Made by a program: the position numbers and the translations under genes. Below the pieces are notes generated by a model, which saw only the letters and a program-made list of their open reading frames with translations, made no database searches and was not told the origin of the DNA. A DNA stretch of 63,849 nt, counting the filler, from Thelocarpon superellum (taxonomy: Eukaryota), in NCBI GenBank assembly GCA_026025795.1. It is 6 parts of 6 records of this genome, joined end to end, with 100 filler letters (N's around TTAATTAATTAA, not from the genome) between each part and the next. Parts side by side here need not be neighbours in the genome. Positions count along the whole stretch, not along the records: positions 11,508 to 22,914 come from JAPEUG010000503.1; 5 more parts are not named here. One strand, 5' to 3'. Below, piece by piece: positions 11,699 through 20,894 of this stretch. Numbering within the stretch: position 1 is the first letter of the stretch; every line of letters begins with the position of its first letter.

Positions 11699-12337
11699 AT
11701 GAAGTCGTGCACTCTCTCGACGCTCATCGCCTTGTCCGTACTGCTCCTACCCGCCTTCTCGTTGCACCTAGGTCCGGCGCCGACCCTGCCGCCCGCGGTG
11801 CCATTCAATCTCACAGGCAGCACCGCCCCGCCAGGATGTTCCTACCTCAACGTGACGGTCACAGACCTATATTCCAAATTCGAGGGCTCGCCCGGCTGTA
11901 CTTGGGATTGTCCAGGCGGCACGGTGGTCTCCGACCAGGAGACTGTTATACTGTCGCAAGGCACGTACAACTGTCCAGCCCATTTCCTCACCGTGCGAGA
12001 GGCCGTGCAGTACCCCAACATCACCTTCATCCGCAATGACGCCCAGGCCGGAACCGCGCCAACGAGCGTTCCGCCTGCGGTGTACGACTGCACTGGTGAT
12101 TCGGGATCGATCCAATTCGACGCCAACACGATTCGTGACCCCCGCGCCGACAACGCTATTCCGAGCGGCACCTGGACCTGCTCGGCTGAACCAGTCCCGC
12201 GCTCAACTGCCATTGTCTATGTTGATCCGACCGATGTCCCGCGTGCTCCTGAAGGAACTGGGCCGGAATCGCCTGCTGATGTCCCTCCTCAAATGAGAGC
12301 GAGGCAGCTGCTGCCTCGTTCCACCAAGGCGCTGTAG
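11699..12337 (+). CDS. Small secreted cysteine-containing protein (effector-like), 212 aa
   Basis: ATG at 11699 in CACCATG context. Signal-peptide-like MKSCTLSTLIALSVLLLPAFS, 6 Cys in the mature part, three N-glycosylation sequons (NLT, NVT, NIT). Confidence 0.7.
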   Translation: MKSCTLSTLIALSVLLLPAFSLHLGPAPTLPPAVPFNLTGSTAPPGCSYLNVTVTDLYSKFEGSPGCTWDCPGGTVVSDQETVILSQGTYNCPAHFLTVREAVQYPNITFIRNDAQAGTAPTSVPPAVYDCTGDSGSIQFDANTIRDPRADNAIPSGTWTCSAEPVPRSTAIVYVDPTDVPRAPEGTGPESPADVPPQMRARQLLPRSTKAL

Positions 12338-12960
12338 AGGGACGAAAGGGGAGAGTGGAGAGCAGTGTCGTTTTCGAGCACTTGATCTCTGTGTAGAAAA
12401 TCTTGGTCTATGTGGCCTTGAGCAGATGCTCATGGGTGCATGCTAGGCACAGGATGTGGTACTCGTACTCCAATACATTCATGTGCATCCACACACCACT
12501 CCCTTCTCCAGCCAGTGAGTCAGGGTGGATGGAAGGTGTAGTCGTACGGGGCCTTGCGCGAGATCTCCTGCAATTCTGCCTCATTCACCTCTCTGATGTC
12601 TCGGGGGAGGAGTTGCCTTGAAACCGCTGCATAAGTCACCTGAAGACCTCGGTGCAGCAGTTGTTGCAGGGGCACTTCCCCCTGGCGCCTTTTGGTGCTT
12701 TTTTGGCCCTTTGGGTGGTGCGCCGAGAGGGGGGTACTCGCCGCCGTGTCAAAGGTCCAAGGACGTGAGGAGAAGTCACGGTTGCACGTCTAGCCTTGCT
12801 TGGCGGATGGGGAGCATTCACTTCACTCGGATTTTGGGTTATCATGGACCTTGCGGACAAGAAACGACAGGCAGAGAAAGAGTTGCTGGTTCAAATCTGG
12901 CCCTGGTATATGCACAGGTATGCAGTGGTCACGATGAAAGGGGCGACCGTGCAGACTCAT

Positions 12961-14957
12961 CTACATCCGGTCCGCCATGGCCTCTAGTTTTCCCACCACC
13001 CCGTTGCTTTTGGTCGATCCGTGGCCGTGCAGTGCTCCCCCCAGCGACTGCGAGTTATGGGTGTTGGTGGACCGCATCTTCAATGGCGTCTGCGGCCTGC
13101 TGGACAAGAACTGGTCGGCGGGTCAGTACGTTGCGTCCATCAGCGCGCGTCTGCTCCACTCACCGAGGATGCGGCCGACAGGACGGCGATGAGACTCGCT
13201 TGGACGGCATCTTGATGGATGCCCACCCCCCACACTTGCTCCTTCGACCCCGCGCTCGTGCACGCAATGTACGTGGCCGCCTTCACGTCGCGACCCTGCC
13301 CGATGGCATGCTCCTTGTAGTCGGCCACATCGAGGTCGATGCCCACGCCATGCAGCGCACGCGCCATGGACGAGATGGCACCATTGCCCACTCCAGAGAT
13401 CCGACGTTCCACCCCATCCATCGAGATCACCCCCGTGAACTGCCGACGGAGGTTCTGCGTGTTTTGTGACCGACCCGGCTCCGGCGGCACGGGCGAGCTG
13501 GTGCGATCGACCGTGATGTCGTAGTCCACCAGCGAGAAGCGGGCCGTCTCCTTCAGATGGTACGCTTTCTCGAACAGGCTCTGGATCTCTCGCGGTAGAA
13601 GTTCCCGCCCGAGCGCATCCGCTTGCTCCTGCACGATGTGGGAGAAGGCGACCTGAAGGCCCCGCGGCAGGTCCAGCTCCAGACTCCGCTGGATGATCCA
13701 CGCCACCCCGCCCTTGCCGCTCTGCGAGTTGACCCGGATGATGGCTTCGTAGGTGCGTCCGATATCCTGCGGGTCGAGCGGGAGGTAGGGCATCTGCCAC
13801 AAATCCTCCGTCGCCGCCCCGCCCTTCTTCCGTGACTGGAAGCCCTTGTTGATGGCGTCTTGGTGCGAGCCGCTGAAGGCGCAGCACACCAGCTGCCCGC
13901 CGTACGGCGCCCGCGCGTGCACGGGGATCTTGTTGCAGTCCTCGACAATGTCAATGACCGCCGTGATGTCGGAAAAGTCCACGTTGGGATGGATGCCCTG
14001 TGTGTAGAGGTTGAGCGCGAGCGTCACCAAGTCCACGTTCCCAGTCCGCTCCCCATTCCCAAAGAGACATCCCTCCACCCGCTGCGCGCCGGCCATCTGC
14101 GCCAGCTCGGCCGCCGCCGTAGCACAACCTCGGTCGTTGTGCGGATGCAACGAGACGCAGAATTTCTCCCGTTCCGTCATCCGTCGGCAGAAGTATTCGA
14201 TCTGGTCCGCGTACACGTTTGGAGTGGACATCTCCACCGTCGCCGGGAGGTTGAAGATGATCGGCTGCTCCTCCGTCGGCTCCCAGGCCGCCTTCACCGC
14301 CTCGCATATCCGGACCACATACTCGGGTGAGGTGTCTGAAAAGGTCTCGGGGCTGAACTCGAGCACCCACTCCGTCCCATCCTGGCTTCGGTCGTCCTTG
14401 GTGATGGATCGGGCGTATTGTACGCACTTGACCGCGAGCTTCAAGCCCTCCTCTTGAGTGAATCCAAAGACGATCCGCTGGAAGCATTCGCTGGTCGCCA
14501 GATATAGGTGCAGGATTGCTTTGCCAGCACCGTGGAGAGAATCAACCGAGCGGCGAATGAGATCTTCGCGGCAGGGCGACAGTACCTGCAGCCAGACGTC
14601 TGACGGGGTCGCCCCAGGCGTCTCCACCACACGCCGGGTGAAGTCAAAGTCGGTTTGTGATGCTGATGGGAACGAGACCTCGATCTCCTTGTAACCTAAT
14701 TGCACCAGCATCTTGAAGTATCGCCACTTTTGCTCCCCGTCCATCGGGTCCACCAGGCTCTGGTTGCCGTCGCGCAGATCGGTGGAGAGCCAGCGCGGCG
14801 GCTTGTCCAGGGTCTTGGACGGCCATTGTCGATCGGGGAGATCGATGGGCTGGAACTTTCGGTACTTTTTCGAGGGGTCTTTTAGCCTGCAGGTGCTCCA
14901 TCAGCGAGATGCACGCGGGAGGTGTGTAACAAGGTGAAGAGCCACCAACATTGGCAT
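12961..14957 (-). CDS. LEU4: 2-isopropylmalate synthase; 3 exons (14957-14950, 14886-13164, 13110-12961)
   Basis: Spliced start MPMLKDPSKKY...WLSTDLRDGNQSL, plus the motifs SLHPHNDRGC, EGCLFGNGERTGNVDLV, FSGSHQDAINKG, VNSQSGKGG and a C-terminal regulatory domain (GNGAISS). Introns 14887-14949 and 13111-13163. Confidence 0.95.
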
Positions 14958-15120
14958 TTTGTCGGTGGAAATTTACACTGGATCAACGGGACACCATTGG
15001 AAGGACCATGCAGGGAGAGTCTGACAGGCACAACAGCCGTGGCACCGTTGTGTCTTGCGTAGAGAGTCCGCAAGGAGGATGAAAATTTGTGACGGTGCTC
15101 TCAGCCAGAATGATTTTAGG

Positions 15121-15281
15121 TGAGTCACTGGCAACGACTAAGCCCCGCGGTACCCCACGTCAGTGTGGGACTGGAGCAACGAGGTCGATCCGCCCGACGA
15201 GAGCGCGACAGCGTGTAGAAGGCGATTTTCCGGCACGACACACTTTCCCTTACACGGTTGAACTCTACAGCTGGTGACTCA
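15121..15281 (-). promoter_or_regulatory. Two perfect Gcn4/CpcA (cross-pathway control) sites upstream of LEU4
   Basis: TGAGTCA at 15121-15127 and TGACTCA at 15275-15281, about 165 and 320 bp upstream of the ATG of an amino-acid biosynthesis gene. Confidence 0.65.
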
Positions 15282-15497
15282 ATCTTTTCCACTTCTGTGC
15301 TACTTCCATGCCGGTAGAACAATGCGGACGAAACTTTGACCCAGGATTTGGTTGAAAGGCCGACATCGGCAAAGCCGACCGTCTTCGCTAGTCCCGTGGA
15401 CCCTGTATCCGTGGCCCAGCTCCTCACACACCGTCCAGAAGAATCCATTCGCATCTTCACATGTCTACGTCAACATAAGGGCGTGCCTCAGGCGTCC

Positions 15498-16169
15498 TTA
15501 TGGTGATTCGGGAAACAGAGAACAGCCCCACGTCGCCGCCGTGTAGTCGGTGCAATTGTAGCGCACTCCAGAGTGATTGGTGCAAAGGCCCACGCCGCCG
15601 TCATATTGGCAGGGCAGATCACCGCTGCTGTCGGGGGACGGAATCCAGTCGACCGAAATTTCAGGGTTGTAGTACCGATTCGTCACCGTCGTGAACTGAA
15701 AACTCCCACATGTCGAGCATACACTCTGATGTCCGAAAGCCTGGATGGTTTGTGCAGCAAGCGAGCCATTGACCAGGTCCGAGAACTCATCCGTACGCTT
15801 GAAGAAGGCGCACAGCTGGCCATATTCGCAGGCGCCGCCGTCGTCCCGCACACATTTCTTGCCGAAGAGGCCCTTGTCGTACCTGGCGCAGGCAATGAGC
15901 TCGCCGTTCTGGAAGGTCTCGTCGGCTGGAACGCTCTCCACGACGTGGTAGAGACTCCTCAGCGTATCCTTTTTATCGCAGAGCGCGACGCATTGCGCGG
16001 TCTTGAACAAGCTGCATTCCGTCGGATATACCGACTCGCAGTTCATGTGCAGTTGAGGGTGTTTGAAATCGTTGATGACGCTGCGCACGAGGTCTTTGAG
16101 TAAACTGGCGGAAACGCCGTCTCCCACGGTCAGGACGACGAGGAGAAGGGTCGTGAGTTGAGAAAACAT
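15498..16169 (-). CDS. Secreted KP4 killer-toxin-like protein, 223 aa, 14 Cys
   Basis: Signal peptide MFSQLTTLLLVVLTVGDGVSA. Ordered motifs (H)MNC...FQNGELIAC...GQLCAFFKRT...NGSLAAQTIQAFGHQSVCSTCGS...EISVDWI match, by eye, the KP4-like family pattern GINC...YxNGEHIAC...GxCAFLQ.T...CxxCGS...ELTxNYV. Confidence 0.7.
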   Translation of the reverse strand: MFSQLTTLLLVVLTVGDGVSASLLKDLVRSVINDFKHPQLHMNCESVYPTECSLFKTAQCVALCDKKDTLRSLYHVVESVPADETFQNGELIACARYDKGLFGKKCVRDDGGACEYGQLCAFFKRTDEFSDLVNGSLAAQTIQAFGHQSVCSTCGSFQFTTVTNRYYNPEISVDWIPSPDSSGDLPCQYDGGVGLCTNHSGVRYNCTDYTAATWGCSLFPESP

Positions 16170-16760
16170 CCTTTACTCCGGGTCACCTTCGCCTGAGAGA
16201 GACGTAGGGTCCCAGAAGCGCGGAGGTGAGCTCCTTAAATCTACACCTTACCTACCAACCTCCCTGCCTTCCTACTGTACCTGAGCGTCTAGACTCATTC
16301 CCAGGAAGAAGGATTCCCTCTTGGCACAATCTTGCAAGCAAAGACGCAGGGTCATGGCACGAAGCTGCAGCACCTGAATGGCACTAGAACATCAATGCTT
16401 GAACGCCACGGCGGGTCCTTCGCTTATACGTCTAGGCTGACAGGCAGATGTTACTAAGACTATTGAGTAGTAAACAGGGAGCGCTCCAGACTGTCTCCGC
16501 AGTAAGGGAGTGCTCCAGAGTAAAGTTCCTGAAGTACGAAGGACTCACTCGGTACGCCGCGCGTGCTCCCGACGGACCGCGATGATTTCTCACAAACGAG
16601 AATAGTGTGTGGGTGGCCAAGATCTGCCATACGGACCGTAGTCGTCTGCGGCATTCGCTGACTTCAACTCTCGATAACACAGGGGACATGGGGCATGATA
16701 CATGAGATGTGAAATGACAACTCCATACTCATCAACATAGCATGAGGTCCCTCTACGCAT

Positions 16761-17910
16761 CTATAGCTTGCTCTTGGAAGGCTCGGGTTCTTGCCGCAGC
16801 CGGATTAATCCCTGCCAGGTTTTAGTCTCGCGATGAGCGTGCTTCGCTTTGCCGGCCTTACCTCCTGCACACATGTAGCGACGAGCTGGCCGTCCCGTGT
16901 GAACATCCGCTGGAGGACAAGGCCCCGGCCGTCCCCGGCCCAAGGCACCTCCATCTCGGAAAGCATCCATTCGTCGGCCCGGAAAGCGCGAGGCCGGTGG
17001 AAGAAGATGGTGTGGTCGAGGCTGACGATCATGCCAATCTCGGGCTTGAGGTCCGGGCCACCGCCTCCGTCTCTCTCGCTCTGCGCGCCGTGGGCTCCAG
17101 CATTTTGTCTCGACTTGACCTTGCTCAATCCATGCACGCGGCTGATGGTGTGAAGGAAGTTGCTGTCAGAGACGTAGGCCAAAGCGTTGAGATGTGCCTG
17201 GTGACCGCCGGCGGCGGAGATCTTTCCGGTCGCTTTGACCCATTGCCGGGTCTTCTTCACATGTGGCATGGAGGCATGCTCTGCTCGAGATGGTCAGCCC
17301 GATGTCCAGCGCTTGGTCTCGAAGCCACGGACCATTCAAGATACCAACCTGTTGGTTCTGGAACGGCACCCCAGCGATCTCGGGATCGTCGTCGAACGGT
17401 CCTTCCACCGCAGGCATGGGGGTGGAGTGTTCGACCGTCTTCTTACCCCCGCTATTCTCCTTGACAAAGCTGCACGTGGTAGTGAAGACGCATTTGCCTC
17501 GCTGCCGGGCCTGGACGGTTCGCGTAGCAAAGCTCTTGCCGTCGCGCACCCGCTCGACGTGGTAGAGGATGGGGATGTCCGGATCCCCGGCGAGGACGAA
17601 ATAGCAGTGCATCGAGTGAATGTTAAAGTCCTCCGGTACCGTCAATTGCGCCGCGCCGAGACACTGTGCGATGACGCAGCCGCCAAAGATGCCTCGAGCG
17701 CCGATCGGGCGCCACAGAGGCTGAGCGTTGGTGAAGATATCCTATGCCCCCACACCATCAGACCTTGGCTTGCGCAAGGTTGGGTTCCCTTGTCAAATCA
17801 CGTACCGGGCCAATGTCAGACAAGCGTAATAGATCCAGCGCATTCTCCATGGACGATTTGGCCGGATCCAGCGGCGGCGGGCGGATCAGCGTTTGGCGTT
17901 GAGACACCAT
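16761..17910 (-). CDS. TES1: Peroxisomal acyl-CoA thioesterase II (TesB/ACOT8 family); 4 exons (17910-17806, 17741-17333, 17280-16862, 16811-16761)
   Basis: Motifs GARGIFGG, HSMHCYFVLAGD, RDGKSFATRTVQARQ, ALAYVSD, SLDHTIFFH, GQLVATCVQE|G. The spliced C-terminus ends in SKL (PTS1). Confidence 0.92.
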
Positions 17911-18500
17911 CTTGAGCCGTGGCGCCGACGCGCTGAAGAACAGTGGACAACTTCGAGGGGGCGGTGCCAGCGATGACTGGATCTAAATGACGTCGAGGTG
18001 AGCCGGGGAAGACGCTCCGGCAATTGGAGGACAGTTGGCTGTATGTTATCTATTGCGGCCTTTCGACTCCCGCAAGCTGTCTCACCGACCAGGAGCAGCT
18101 CGGGTAAGGGAGAGCCTCGGCATATCCATCAATGCGGCCACGGTCATCCTAGAAGGAATACGCGAGCACCCCGCGATTCCACACATCATTCAGGTACGAG
18201 TACGAGTACCACCCCGGCACCACTCTCCCGCCCATGAATATGGTTCCGGCACGCTTCGGATGTCAACGTAGGGCTGAACTCTGACGTTCCTGGGCACCAA
18301 CGCAGCCCACGAGCGGTGAGATTTACCCTTTTATCGTGCGTTCTGACATCCACTTCTCACGTTACATTTCACGTATTGTCACATGCATGCAGGCTTCAAA
18401 AGAACTTGACGATATGATATGGGTCATAAGCAATACACTATCGTGTTACCGGCTCCTAGAAATTCACCCCAACGCGAACCAGGTCCATCTTCCGGACAGC

Positions 18501-19193
18501 TTACTCAATGTCCACCTTCTTGACTTCCACGTATTCCTTTTCCACCTTGGGGATCTCGATCTTGAGCACCCCATCTTCCATCTTCGCCGAGATGACGTCC
18601 GCGTCGACTTCGGCCGGGTGTCGCTCGTTGCCGAGCTTGACCTTGCGTTCAAACACCCCCACTTTCCGCTCGCCCATGGCCAGAGTCTTGAGGAACTCTT
18701 CGTCCCCAGGACGGTAGATGACTCCAGCCACGGAGAGCTCGGACTTATCGGCATCCCAGTTGACACCGACATCCTCTTTCTTAGCACCGGGAATGGAGAC
18801 ATGAACGTGGTATGACGATTCGGTCGAGAACACGTCGACCGGCGGTTGGAAGTCTTTCCCCTCCGACTCTTCCTGGCCGTTGTTGAATTGTGCATTCATG
18901 AAGCGGAAGAACGGATGCGCGGCGAAGGGTGGACCACCACGGTGGAACGGGGGCCCTCCATGATGGCCTCCGCGGAAGCCCCGGCCTCCTCGACGACCGC
19001 CACAGGGACCATGCCGGCCCTGAGCGCCCTGACAAGGGTCGCGCTGAGCTTCGCCCTCTGGTGGCTGCTTTGACTCTTCGCCGGACGCGGGGGCGTCCTC
19101 CTTTGGCGACTTCTCTTCAAAGGCTTGGTTTTCGAAACTAGCGACGAAGTCCCAGAACGGGGCAGACTGATTCAGGTATTGGATGGAAGGCAT
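18501..19193 (-). CDS. Small heat-shock protein (HSP20/alpha-crystallin), about 230 aa
   Basis: Alpha-crystallin domain FQPPVDVF...VHVSIPGAKKEDV...ERKVGVFERKVKL...AKMEDGVLKIEIPK and a C-terminal V-D-I-E motif. True start inferred at ATG 19193 (CACAACATG), downstream of a TATA box. Confidence 0.92.
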   Translation of the reverse strand: MPSIQYLNQSAPFWDFVASFENQAFEEKSPKEDAPASGEESKQPPEGEAQRDPCQGAQGRHGPCGGRRGGRGFRGGHHGGPPFHRGGPPFAAHPFFRFMNAQFNNGQEESEGKDFQPPVDVFSTESSYHVHVSIPGAKKEDVGVNWDADKSELSVAGVIYRPGDEEFLKTLAMGERKVGVFERKVKLGNERHPAEVDADVISAKMEDGVLKIEIPKVEKEYVEVKKVDIE

Positions 19194-19305
19194 GTTGTGT
19201 ATGTATGGCGTGTTCTGCTGGGTTTGGTGAGTAGATGTGTTGAGTGAGATGGGAGGGGATGGGTACTTGTGATGGTGAAGCATATCGTGGTCGAGATGAG
19301 AGCCA

Positions 19306-19420
19306 TTTATATATGCCAGAGCGGAGGCAACACCTGCTGACGCGGTGGAGTTTGCCGTCGAGGTACATATAAAACACCCGCTGCGAAATCGATAGGGAAG
19401 AATCAGGAAATGACTGGAAC
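19306..19420 (-). promoter_or_regulatory. HSP20 promoter: TATA box plus step-type heat-shock element
   Basis: TATATAAA on the minus strand at 19306-19313. Three GAA units at exact 10-bp spacing (19397, 19407, 19417: gGAAg-aatca-gGAAa-tgact-gGAAc). Confidence 0.65.
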
Positions 19421-20894
19421 TCGCTGGTGCTCGAACGTCAGGCACCACGAGCCACGCGTTCGGATGTCGGGGCTTCTGTGGCCCCGACATGCTCGACACG
19501 CGCTAGCGCATTTCATCCATGAGCTAGGCACGCACGAGCGTGCGTGGCGCGAACATGACTGATCGAGGCTCGAAGGCGAACCATTCGGGGCCGAGACTGG
19601 CAGGCGCTTGTGCCTCCTCTTGGCCATGAAGCGCGCACAATGACTCCGTCGGCGGACGGGTGGCGAGGCCGATTAGTGGGAAATTCGAATCACTCCCTGG
19701 AGTACCGAAGTACGAGAGGCGAGGAAGTTTAGCGAACGTCAGCGAAGCCAAAGGCTGATGGCCGAGCGGCCGGGGTCGGGCCCGAGCGACGGCGTGACTA
19801 ATCACGTCCACCAACAGAATGACCTATGCGCAGAGACCAATTCTACTGTTGTAGAAATCAGAGCTGAATTGCTAATCTACGCGTAGTCTGGGATGGTAAC
19901 AGAGTGGGCACGTGATCAGGTCACGTGCGCGCTCCTACACTGTGAGCTCGGATTCTTCCGGACAAGCATGTTGGCCGCTTTCGTGGCTTTGACCATGAAA
20001 ACCCACGTCCTGGTTTGTCAATTAAGCTGAGGGTCTCTGTCTCGGTCCCACATTGAGCGTTGCAAGATGCCATGGTGAGTTCCAATGCCTTCTCACACCC
20101 TTTAGTCCCCGGACGCCGCGTCGCATCTGAAGAATCACGCCTACAACATGATGAAAAACATTCATTTCACAGACCTGTTCTGAAAATCAATGTGGACAAC
20201 TCACTTTGGAGTCTTTCTGATGGCTTGGATCGAGTTGTGGCCCGCTCTTCTCAGTCCTCAGCGCAGAACAATGGCGAGCCTACGCTAACGAGTGCCAGCT
20301 CTTGAATAGACCCGGATCTCGCAGCGCTCAATCTTGCGTTCTTTCTTTCACAAGGGCGTCACGGGCCAGAGCCCTCTGTTCTCGTCACCAGAGGTGGCTG
20401 ACTCGATGGTAGGGATTGGGTCGTCGTCAGCAATGTTGTCCTTGCCCTGTCTCAGACGACTGAGACGAGCGACGGGCTGCGGAAAGCAAGGATTGGATAT
20501 GGAGCACTCGACACTGCAAAGTCTACCACAGCCATGAGACCTGTCTCAGTCCGGCGCTGGTGGTTTGTTTGTCTACTCCATTGACCTGCGTAGCATCCTG
20601 CCCATCTTCATCTGTTCTTTGTTGCTTGTTTTCTGGAACAATGTCCATGAAACCGAACAACATGATTGTCATTACCTCGCTTTCATTATCTTCTGAAATT
20701 GAAAAGATGGGACACAAAGGAGGAGAGATACTGTCCCATCCAACAACGTTGCTCCCATGGGTTATATACCTTGAGTACGGCCTCCCTCGACACGTTCGTG
20801 ACGACTGGGCAGCATGCAAGCTGCATTGTATTAGCAGCCGCATCATCGTCCTTTATATCATATTCTTGGTTCAGATTCTCGTCGAGAGCACGCA

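Noticed and set aside
12618..12990. Hydrophobic, protein-like fragments on the plus strand downstream of LEU4
   Set aside because: The candidate splice sites do not join the fragments in frame, and there is no start or family evidence.
19194..19499. N-terminal extension of the HSP20 ORF (332-aa call)
   Set aside because: It spans the TATA box and HSE, so the real start is probably 19193.
19676..19960. GTGGGAAATTCG resembling CR-I of fungal RNase P RNA
   Set aside because: The following bases deviate from the consensus, and no complementary CR-V/P4 strand was found downstream.
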